From Octopus vulgaris (taxonomy: Eukaryota), in contig OX597820.1 in the NCBI GenBank assembly GCA_951406725.2, positions 127,100,001 through 127,164,000 on the forward strand: a DNA stretch of 64,000 nt. Direction: 5' to 3'. The notes below the pieces were generated by a model, which ran no database searches, had not been told where the DNA came from, and worked only from the letters and a program-made list of their open reading frames with translations. The stretch's first letter is position 1. Every line of letters begins with the position of its first letter. The position numbers and the translations under genes are program-made. Of the stretch, positions 38,541 through 49,052 are shown one piece after another.

Positions 38541-38660
38541 ATGCTTGTGGGTGGTGGTGTGGTGAGTAAACCTGCACCCTATCTACAAACTGAAGAAGCA
38601 TATGGAAATTACACAGGGAGTGAAGTACCGTCAAACATACAGCAATCTGTAAAAGAACAG
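38541..38660 (+). CDS. CTNND2: Probable first coding exon of a delta-catenin/p120-catenin family gene (exon 38492-38660; 40 aa MLVGGGVVSKPAPYLQTEEAYGNYTGSEVPSNIQQSVKEQ)
   Basis: Strong acceptor tttttctcttatttgcAG at 38490-38491 and phase-0 donor CAG|GTAAAG at 38661. An in-frame TAA lies upstream of ATG 38541. The peptide end GSEVPSNIQQSVKEQ resembles CTNND2 GSETETTSAILASVKEQ and CTNND1 SEVESTASILASVKEQ (recalled, not searched). Orthology rests on a short motif. Confidence 0.6.
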
Positions 38661-39137
38661 GTAAAGGAAACTTTGTCTTACTCTGTGATCCTATTGTTAA
38701 CATTCTTTCTCTGTCATCAGGGAAATAAAATGATGTCAATAATGAAGCCCTTGTGGTTGCTTGACCTCTTAATAATTGCACCAAAAGCTTTCTCAAATTC
38801 CTTTTTCTTGTTTGAAAAAAAAAAAAATAAAAGTGAAGGGCACTGGATATATTGTTTCAAACAAAAAAAAAAAGTGATAAATAAGATGGGATGGTCATAT
38901 TTGTAACACTTCAGATCTTAGCCCTGCTGGATCAGATTTGATTGGGGTTTGGGGCTGAACCACAAGATTAATGAAGACACAGACATGGGTGTGTGGTTAA
39001 GAAGTTTGCTTCCCAACCATGTGGCTTCAGGTTCAGTCCCTCTGTCTTTGGTTGTAGTCCCTGGTTAGCCTTGAGAGTGGATTTGGTTGAGAGAAACTGA
39101 AAGAAACCCAGTGTGTGTGTGTGTGTGTGTGTATATA

Positions 39138-39515
39138 GGCGTAGGAGTGGCTATGTGGTAAGTAGCTTGCTTACCAACCACATGGTTCTGGGTTCATTCC
39201 CACTGCATGACACCTTGGGCAAGTGTCTTCTACTATAGTCTCGGGCCGACCAAAGCCTTGTGAGTGGATTTGGTAGATGGAAACTGAAAGAAGCCTGTCG
39301 TATATATGTGTGTGTTTGTGTTTGTCCCCTCCCCCCAACTTTGCTTGACATTTGATGGTGGTGTGTTTACATCCCCGTAACTTAGCAGTGCAGCAAAAGA
39401 GACCAATAGAATAAGTACTAGGCTTACATAGAACAAGTCCTGGGGTCGGTTTGCTTGACTAAAGGCAGTGCTCCAGCATGGCCACAGTCCAATGACTGAA
39501 ACAAGTAAAAGAGTA
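39138..39515 (+). mobile_element. SINE family A, full length (preceded by partial copy 38985-39130)
   Basis: GGCGTAGGAGTGGCTATGTGGTAAG head through GAAACAAGTAAAAGAGTA tail. Confidence 0.92.
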
Positions 39516-39816
39516 TTCATTGGTACTTCTATCGTATGTCTGTCTCCTTGTCTTTTATCCTGGGTGTCTTGGCATTGCAGGATTGTTGTAAGCGAGCATC
39601 ACTGCCACACAAGCAGTGTGGTGGTGGTTGCTGCTGCTGCTGCTGCTGCTGTTGTTGTTGTTGTTGTTGTTTAAGCCAACTATAATGAATCGGACCAATT
39701 TGTTAAGTAGACTTCTGGAACTTTGAATACTGTGACTAGACTTAGGATGGATGCTGGATTGATTTCCTGTTCCCTTCTCCAAGCTGTTGGGATTTGAACT
39801 CAGAATGTAGAGATAT

Positions 39817-40050
39817 GTTTCTTTACTACCCACAAGGGGCTAAACATAGAGGGGACAAACAAGGACAGACAAACGGATTAAGTCGATTACATCAACCCCA
39901 GTGCGTAACTGGTACTTAATTTATCGACCCTGAAAGGATGAAAGGCAAAGTCAACCTAGGCGGAATTTGAACTCAGAACGTAACAGCAGACGAAATACGG
40001 CTACGCATTTCGCCCGGTGTGCTAACATTGCTGCCAGCTCGCCACCTTAA
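39817..40050 (-). mobile_element. SINE family B with TSD
   Basis: TSD ATGTAGAGATAT at 39805-39816 and 40053-40064. Confidence 0.9.
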
Positions 40051-40280
40051 ATATGTAGAGATATCATAAAGCATTTCTGCCGACAACACTGACAATTCTG
40101 CCACTCACCCACCTGCAAAGTAGTGTGAAATGAAGTGTTTTGCTCAAGAAAACAACACACCATTTGGTCTGGGAATCAAAACCCATGATCTAGCCATTGT
40201 AAATGCAACACCTTAATCACTTGGTTACAGATTTTCACTATACTTTGTTACTTTATTTCTTTTGAAATATATTGCCTTAG

Positions 40281-40510
40281 AAGGTGGTGAGCTGGCAGAA
40301 ACGTTAGCACACCGGGCAAAATGCGTAGCCATATTTCGTTTGCTGTTGTTCTGGGTTCAAATTCCACCAAAGTCGACTTTGCCTTTCATCCTTTCAGGGT
40401 CGATAAATTAAGTACCAGTTACACACTGGGGTCGATGTAATCGACTTAATCCCTTTGTCTGTCCTTGTTTGTCCCCTCTATGTTTAGCCCCTTGTGGGCA
40501 ATAAAGAAAT
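40281..40510 (+). mobile_element. SINE family B with TSD, inserted in a piggyBac MITE
   Basis: ATATATTGCCTT duplicated on both sides. Confidence 0.9.
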
Positions 40511-43460
40511 ATATATTGCCTTTGTTTCTGTTAATTTTGAAAATAGCTTCTAATTTTTATTCCTATTTAGAAAGAAATTCACACTGGATGGTCTCAACTT
40601 AAAAAAAAAAAAGGAACTTTATATCATAGAATAAAATGTGGCTCCTGAGGTGTGGTGTTGCTATCAGAAGAGTTAAGCAAATATCTTTCCCATTATTTCA
40701 ATATCTGCAATGATCATTAACAGATCACAAGGTCTGGTCATTCACTCGTGTTGGAGTGTATTTACTGTCTCCCTTCTTTCCTTACTGGCAATCAGTTGAA
40801 TTAGAAACGATAGTTCAAAACTACACATAGAAAATAAATATAGCCAAGGAAATCTTTTTGACAACAAATGTTTTTCACTAAAAGTGAAATAAAAAAAAAT
40901 TATTAGATTAAATAGTATGTCTAAAGTCTGTACCTGTTCAGATTGATTCAAGATAAATTTTTTTCCTCTAGAATTGGCTTAATATTAATATCTAAAACAA
41001 ATATTGAACCAAAGAGAATATTTTTTTCTACTATTAATGATTGTTCAATGCAAAGTCTGTTACAGTGTGTAAATCACTGTATTAAAAAAAAATAATAGTT
41101 TTTTATTTTCATATTTTAATATTTTCAATACGTTTATCTAAAATAAACATTAGCTGTCATTATTGACAACATGATTACACTAGTGTGATGTATATGATAA
41201 AAGAAAAAAATGTATATATTACTCCATGTGTGGTAATAGTTGTTTCTAATTTAGGCAAATAGCTAGAAATTTTTAGGGAAGGGCACTAGTTGATAACATT
41301 GACTCAAATACTAGATGAGTACCTTAATTTTATTAACCCTCAAAAAGATGAAGGGCAAAACTGACTTGAGTGGGATCTGAGCTCTCCCTCTCTTTCGGAG
41401 AGGCACTGAGCAGCTATACGCACACATACACACACGGCAGTAACTTCCACCTACCGAATTCAATCACAAAGCTCCGGTCTGAATGTAATAAGTTGGAAGA
41501 AGTACTGCAAAGCCTTTCTCTCAATAAACTAAGGATTCTGGCAGTTTGTCACTCTTTAAACATTTCACTTCCATATTTTTTTGCAAAAAAAACTGCCTTT
41601 GTTTCAATCAATTTTGAAATTAAAGAATTTATTGAAACAACTTTGTCGTTGTTAGTCTGGTGTTTAGAACATAAATTAATATAAAAATTCTGACAGAAAG
41701 TGTTAATTTAAATCACTTTAAAACAAGGGATAGTCTCAGGTGGCTTGGTATCAAAAGGGTTAATAACGTTTCTATTTTAAGCAGAAGGCCAAAAGTTTTT
41801 GGGGAAGCATGTTAAATGATAATATCATTCTTTTGTATTTGGCCAGTACTTTGTCGTTTATCTAAAAAAAAATGATAAAAGATGAAGTTGACCTTCGTGG
41901 AATTTGGTCTCTGGCTAAAAAAAAGACGTAACTGAATACTGCAAAGTATATTGTCCAATTTTAATGATTTTTGCCTGTCTACCACTCTAATGGTTTTGCA
42001 AGTCTATAAAGTGTTTTTTATAAAACATTTTTTCATTGGTGGTCAATATGTATAGATTGAAGTATTTTGTTCATCTGTAGATGGAATTGTCTTGAGATCA
42101 CTATCCTCATACTGTACTGCCCTGCCCCCATACATGCAGGTATGTGTCGGGATGATCAGGTTGGTTTACAAATCCATATCAAATGCTTCTTGTATCCAAA
42201 CTTCAGTGAGTTGAAAGTGATAGTAACTTCAAGTTTTGAATCACATCAGCTATCATAAGTCAGTTGCATGAGTGGTGGAATTTGATATTATCAACCAATG
42301 GCCTGTGCCATTAAATGTCATTCATTAAATCTCTTGTGTTGGTTGGCCAGACCACTCTGGCTTCACCAAATCTTGTAGAGTCAGTTTATTAATCTTGAAA
42401 GCTGTCGTTTCAGTGATCATTTATTTGTTAACCATTGCAAGGGAAAGATTAGGTTGGGTTTTTTTCCATTAGGGAAGAAAATTTGAGTTGGATGGGATAG
42501 AGTATACAATGTAATATTTACGTATTTATTTACTGGTTTTCTTTTCTTTTTCTCATTTCAACTATAGACTCCTTAATATTCGTATTCAACTATAACGACC
42601 TGAGTATAGCTATTTCGATTTACTTGAAACTCATCAGTGCAAGGAAATTCAGGATTACTTAATTATACTCTGTTTTTACTTTATGAAAGGAGAGGGAGGC
42701 AGGAGGAAATGTTTTAGCAAAAAGAAAGGTTGGTTACCTTTTGATATAAATTAGATTTTACATACCTTTTAATTATGGTTTCAGATTTGACAGGAAGCCA
42801 GTAATTTTTTTTAAGGTAAAGTAGGTCAATCAATTATATCAATCCCGATGATTGACTGGTATTTATGACCCTGGAATTATGAAAGGTAAAGTTGGCCTCT
42901 GTGGAGTTTGAACTCTGAACATAATGTGTTGGAAACTTGCTGTTAAGTATTGTGTCAGACACACATACAGAAGCGTTTTTAGTTAGGTCAGTATTTTTTT
43001 TTTTTAGTGTTATGATGAAATCTATTATTCTGTCACTTCACTTAACACTTTTTAAAAAATTTTAAATATTTATTAAAAAGTAGGAAACAAATGACCTGTC
43101 TTGGCCCTTCTTTTATACTTTAACCTCTCCTTGCGAGGTGCATGGCAATCTCACTAGTGCTGGTGTCTGGTAAAAGTACCAAGTATTCTCTGTTATGTAG
43201 TCAATGTTAGGAAAGACACTCAAAGCAGAAACCATGTCAAAACAGATATTGGAGCAATAGAAGCACGATGCAATCCTCAAGTCAGTTGTGTCTTGTCAAA
43301 CTGTCCAACTTATGCTAACTTGTAAGATGGACATTAAAAGATGATGGTGATGTGTCATTTTAAAATGCTTATAGCACTATGCTGATATCATTCTTGAAAA
43401 GACTAAAAAACAAAGCTGATAAAAAATTTGTCCATTTAGCTAGTATTAGCACAAAGATAC

Positions 43461-43496
<36 letters not shown>

Positions 43497-44124
43497 TGTG
43501 TGTGTTAATCAACTGACATTACAAGATTTGGTAAAGCACTGAGTCCACTCTGCAGAGTGCTTGGTGTTAGGAAGGGCATCCAGCCGTAAAAACCCTGCCA
43601 AAACAGACTAGCATACGGTAGTTTTTCTACCTGGCCAGCTCTCCTGTGAACTGTCCTAGCCATGCATGCATGGAAGATGGACATTAAACGATGACGATGA
43701 CAGTATGAGGGCAGATGGCTTAATGGTTAGGGTTTTGGATTCACAATTGCAAGATAGTGATTTCAATTCCTAGACCAGATGGTGCATAGTGTTTTTGAGA
43801 AAAACAATTCATCTCCTGTTGCTCTGCATTCACTTCAACACCTGACACATGGTACACTGTGCACCTTTTCAGACAACATCGATTTGATGGAGAGGTAATG
43901 TGCAGCCTGAACATTTGATTGCTATAACCAAATCATTTGTTCAGGTTGCTTGACAGAAAGAAAAACACACACACACTGTCTACCAAATTCACTCAAGGCA
44001 TTGGTCTGCCTGGAGGCTGTAGTAGAAGACACTTGCCCAAAGTATCACGCAGTACTGCTGAATCCAGAACCATGTGGTTAGGAAGCAAAGTTCTTAGCAC
44101 AGAACCACTCTTGCACCTAAATAA

Positions 44125-44802
44125 ATATATATATATATAACATTAAAAATGAACTTCAGTCTTGCTTGCTTGCAATGTTACACAGCCAAACTGCCACATA
44201 ATGGGAAAATACTTTGAAAGTAAAGTGCCCTTGAAATATGAATACAAATGGAATAAAACAAATTTTGCATAAATCAGACCAGTGCCTATTGAGATATTCG
44301 GGGTTTGTGGAGTATAAATACCCAAAATGGTGCATAATGGGAAAATACTCTGAAAATAACTTAACCCTAGAAGGGAAGAAACTCTAACCCTTCCATTAGA
44401 CACATTATGATGGGCAAAATATTTATAAAAGACCCATTTGTAACGTCAGTGTGAAATAGCTTTTTTCCAAAGGTTTCTTCCGAGTGCATTCAGTGTATCT
44501 CACATCCAAAGATTTGGCTGCTATTTCTAGCACGTCCTGCTATCACGTAACAGCTATTTGTGATAAAGGACCCAAAATACCTGTTACGTGATAGCAGAGC
44601 ATCCAAGAAATAGCAGCCAAATCTTTCCTTTTCTAGGGAAAAGGAGCTGTTTATGCATGATTTCAATGTCACATTTGTTAAAAGCATGTTAAATAACCTG
44701 GGAAAAAAAATAACTCACAAAACAAAAACTCCATTGCTGAGAAACTCAGACTTTCCCAGGACCTTGAATTATTGGTGACCTAACGGATCACGGGTAGTCT
44801 AG
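44125..44802 (+). mobile_element. Probable non-autonomous Helitron (5' boundary uncertain)
   Basis: 3' hairpin GTGACC-TAAC-GGATCAC then CTAG|T at 44799-44803; internal direct repeat CATAATGGGAAA..TACT.TGAAA at ~44197 and ~44332. Confidence 0.5.
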
Positions 44803-45048
44803 TATGTGTGTGTGTGTGTGTTCAGCAAAATTGTCAGATGCACCAGAATTTTGTATGGTGTTATCCATATAAATCCATGAGGTGATTATAATCAAAATAA
44901 GCAACAAGAATATCTTCGGTAATTTGGTACAATCGTTTCACGCTACATCATTTTATTAAACATTGTAAGTATTACAACAGTTTTAAAATGTTGAGCAATC
45001 ATCAGCCATTTATAGAGGTTTTCCATTAATACATATTTTCATATTTGG

Positions 45049-45087
<39 letters not shown>

Positions 45088-45645
45088 GCATTTAAAAAGC
45101 ACCCAGTTCACTAAAGTGGTTGGCATTACGAAGGGCATCCGGCTATAGAAACCATGCCAAAACAGACAATTGAAGTCTAGAAAGTTCCCTGGCTGGCCAG
45201 CTTCTGTCAAACCATCCAACCCATGCCAGTATGGAGAACGGACATTACACAATGATTATTGATAAATATGTATTTATGGCCACAGTCAAATGACTGAAAC
45301 AAATAACAGAATTAAAGAATATATACACACGTTGTTGTTGTTGTTGTTGTTGGCATCCTTTTTGTCTCGGGAGACAATGGAGTTATAGCTAATATTATAC
45401 ACTAGGTTTTGGATGACAAAACTATGTGTGTATTAATATTATCTGGTCATTAAAATGAAATGTTGGGTGTTGTTGAAGACTCAACTTCTATGATTTATTT
45501 ATATATGATATGGAATACTGACTGATTAGAAATATTATTCCACCAGGAAAATTAAACTGGAGCTAAGATGAAGTACACTTGCTTTGAGGCATGAAATACT
45601 TGCTACAGATAAGAACAATATCATGTGTATGTGTGTCTCTCTCTC

Positions 45646-45700
<55 letters not shown>

Positions 45701-45703
<3 letters not shown>

Positions 45704-45885
45704 AGAGTTTACGAAAAAAACGAAAGACGAAGGCAAGTGGTGTACAAAACAAACAGATGTATTAGTATAACGCTCAGGAATAGAAAGTCTTTTACGTTTC
45801 GAGCTTACGCTCTTCTACAGAAAGAGACAGAGAAAACAAGGAGAGAAAAAAGTGGGTGTAGTGGCTAACGATCTATCATGGCGAC
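45701..45885 (-). mobile_element. Solo pLTR-like fragment of the Neptune/Penelope family with hammerhead-like motif, in (TA)n
   Basis: Its 5' ~50 nt match 61057-61104; minus strand reads CTGTAGA-A-GAGC-GTAA-GCTC-GAAACGT...GAGCGTT. Confidence 0.75.
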
Positions 45886-46719
45886 ATATATATATATATA
45901 TATATATATATGATATATATGAAATATAGTATGTATGTATATGATTTCCTCTATAAGACAAGGCTGTGAATTTTAGACTAGCACATAGTTGATTAATCAG
46001 TCCCAGTACCAAATGGTACCAGCCCCAAAAGGATGAAAGCAATATTTTACTTTGTCAGGATTTGAACTCAGAGAATGTAAAGGAATGTAATTAACATTAT
46101 CGATAATCTGATGATGATGAATTTGTATATTTTCTGCAACATTGTGTGTGTGTGTGTATGCATGTATACATGCATGCATATTTGTTGTATATGTACTAAA
46201 GGACCAAACAGCGAGAGCCTTGATGCAAGTTGATATTGTTATTCATAAAATATGTATTTATTGTGCATAATTCTGTTATTGTCACCATGCTTTTGTCATA
46301 TTGGGATTGGGAAGATTGACACTACATGGTGAAGGCTGCCTCCTCCAGAAATCTGACCTGAAAAGCAAAATAATAAGGGGGTTGCATACTTGAGATTCAT
46401 TGTCATGCATCACTGAGTAGAAGGAATCTATGTACTTACTAACTTGTGCGTGCATAGCAACTTGTAAAAGCTGGTGAAACTGTTGTAGATTTATTCATGT
46501 ACAAAGAAAGCTTGTGAATCTGATAGTCTTTCATTTGCATCTGCTCCCATGTGCATTCATAATGTATGTTATGCATGTAAGTTTACCTCATATCATATGC
46601 AAGAAATATGGAAATTAGTAACATGAATAAATTGAGAAACTACACTTTCAGCTTGGTAACTGATGGAGTTCACAAGGCTGTGGTTGGTTATCAGTGTCAT
46701 CACCAAGTAGCAAACATTG

Positions 46720-47117
46720 GGATCTTTTCGGTTTGAACGGCAGTTTTTTCTAGCGGTTTCATATGAAATTGTCTCCCATAATTATGACCCTAGTATCGAT
46801 CTTTTGCATTTCAATCTATTTTAGGATTAGGGTTAGGGGTGGGGGGAAGGGTATCTTTTTTTCTTGAAATGTAAATAAACCCACTCTGTTTCTTAAACGA
46901 GGGACAATGTTTTTTACCTCAATAGACATCATTGATTGGTTGAAATTGCAGAAATTGAAGAAAAAAAACAACAAATATCTTACAAACTATAGAATTTTCT
47001 CAATAAAGCCAAGAGAAAAAGATGTTTTATAAACACATTCTACCAGTATACGAAGTTTTAAATTTTTTAGTTACCTAGAAATTATGTTAAAAACTGCCAT
47101 TCAAACCGAAAAGATCC
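46720..47117 (-). mobile_element. Second, inverted copy of the GGATC-TIR MITE
   Basis: TIRs intact; TSD AACATTG at 46713-46719 and 47118-47124. Confidence 0.9.
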
Positions 47118-48875
47118 AACATTGTTAAAATGTTACACATCTTTCGACAATTCTGTAGTGATTAGTGAACAAATAATGATGATGATTAATAATGTTGTCA
47201 TAGTATTTAAGTGCCTGAGATGGTTAATTTAGACGAAGGAATAATGACCACCCCTTTAAATACCAACTGACCCAAGCTGATCCTGGTTCTGTGATACAAA
47301 CTTCCGGTTTCAAAGTGATCTAAATCAAAACCTTCCATCAAAATTCCCTGTTATTTTATGTTCCAAACATTAATTTAATAACAGAAAGGTCATTACCAGA
47401 TTCTTCATTATTTTCAAAATTAATTACAACAAAGGCAGTGTATTTCAGCAGGATTATGTTAACAAAAAGTCTAATGACTTCTAATCCATTCTATACAGAT
47501 ATTTATATATGTAAGTAAATTGGGTTTTTTTCTCTGTATAGTGATATTTTTATTACTAAGGAGACCAGTGGCAAGAAATAAGGCAAATTCTTTCACAGCT
47601 TCCTTTTTCAGAATATAGATCGTGAGAAAATTTAGATACTATTTATATGTATGACAAATAGCCCAAAGTAAACACTGTCCATAAAATTTGAAGCAAAATA
47701 GTTGTGTGGATATAGTCCTGGACTCCCAGCTTGAATGTCTTGAGCTCATTACAAAAGGGGATATACTCAGTATTCCAAGCCTGTATTCAATTAACTATCA
47801 ATAATATGGGTGAAAGAGCATGGCCTGGTGGTTACTGCATTGCACTCAGGACTGCAGGATAATAGTTTCAATTCCCGGACCAATTGGCGCATTGTGTTCT
47901 TGAGAAAAACACTTAATTTCGTATTGCTCCATTCCGCTCAACTGTGGCATCTTGTTCAAGGAAATGCTGTGATCTTGGTCACTTTCATGCTTTAGAAAGT
48001 AGGTAACTGGTTTTCTGAGCCTTAGGATGCAAGATAGTAATGTCTAGGGAATTGCTATCTGACACCAGCACTTATGAGGTTGCCAAAACCTACAACACCA
48101 AGGTCCCCTTGGACTGAATGGGGCTACAGAAGAGAGGGAAGTGCCTTTATATTTTGAGATGAAGGGTTAAGGTGAGAGAGAAGGAGCCAAAATAGAACAG
48201 GTTTCTTGTTGTAGAGGAGCTACAAAGCTACCCACATTGTAGGGGAGAGGGCGGAAGTGGTCAGTGTGGAACTAAAAAGCGATAAAAATGGTGACAAGGT
48301 GTCTTAATAGAACCTCAAAGTACAAGGCAAGTAGAAGTTGAGATGAGAACTGGAAGTGTCCATAGGTAGAAGTTGCTGTTGTGTATGGGTGAGTGGGAGG
48401 TGGTTAAAGTTAAGAGAATGGGTGAGAGGATCTTGCATGAAGCCTTTTACAGCATTATGTCACTTGCTATGTAGTGTTTCTTGTCTTCTCTTTAGGTATG
48501 GCAAGTAACTTTGTTCTTTTATGATATGAGTTAGAAACTAAAATTGTTAATGTTCTGGGAAGGGTAAATTTAAATGAACTTTCAAGAAAATAAATACAAA
48601 TTACAATTCTGAACCTTTTTTTTTTATAAAATTTATTTTAATAAATTTAAGTTTTATTAAAAATTTGCTTTATTTTATTTGAACAATCTTTTAAGATTTC
48701 TTTTATTTTTGGAATTTGGGTGTTTGAAAAAAATTTGAAATGGAAATAGCTGATAACTCAATGAGGTTAGAAGGAAAGGACAAAGAAATAGTTGTCTATT
48801 TCAAAAGTATAATATAAATTTAATTGTATAATAGCTTCCTTTTTGTTTCTTTTCTTTTTATGATTTCTTGAAAAA

Positions 48876-48879
<4 letters not shown>

Positions 48880-48913
<34 letters not shown>

Positions 48914-48967
48914 TATGTATGTATGTATATGTATGTATGTATATGTATGTATGTATATATATGTATG

Positions 48968-49014
<47 letters not shown>

Positions 49015-49052
49015 GTATATATATATGTATGTATATATATATGTGTGTATGT
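48880..49052. repeat. (TATG)n/(TA)n microsatellite
   Basis: Direct inspection. Confidence 0.95.

Noticed and set aside
38533-38542. ATGACGTCAT as a functional CRE site
   Set aside because: It lies in an internal exon with no promoter evidence, and one such site in 64 kb is compatible with chance.
38533-38570. DVMLVGGGVVS as an FAD-binding Rossmann motif
   Set aside because: It lacks the third Gly and the following small-residue helix; the SVKEQ catenin match explains the exon better.
38661-38906. Continuation of the 121-aa ORF past the donor
   Set aside because: AT-rich intronic read-through with poly-A runs.
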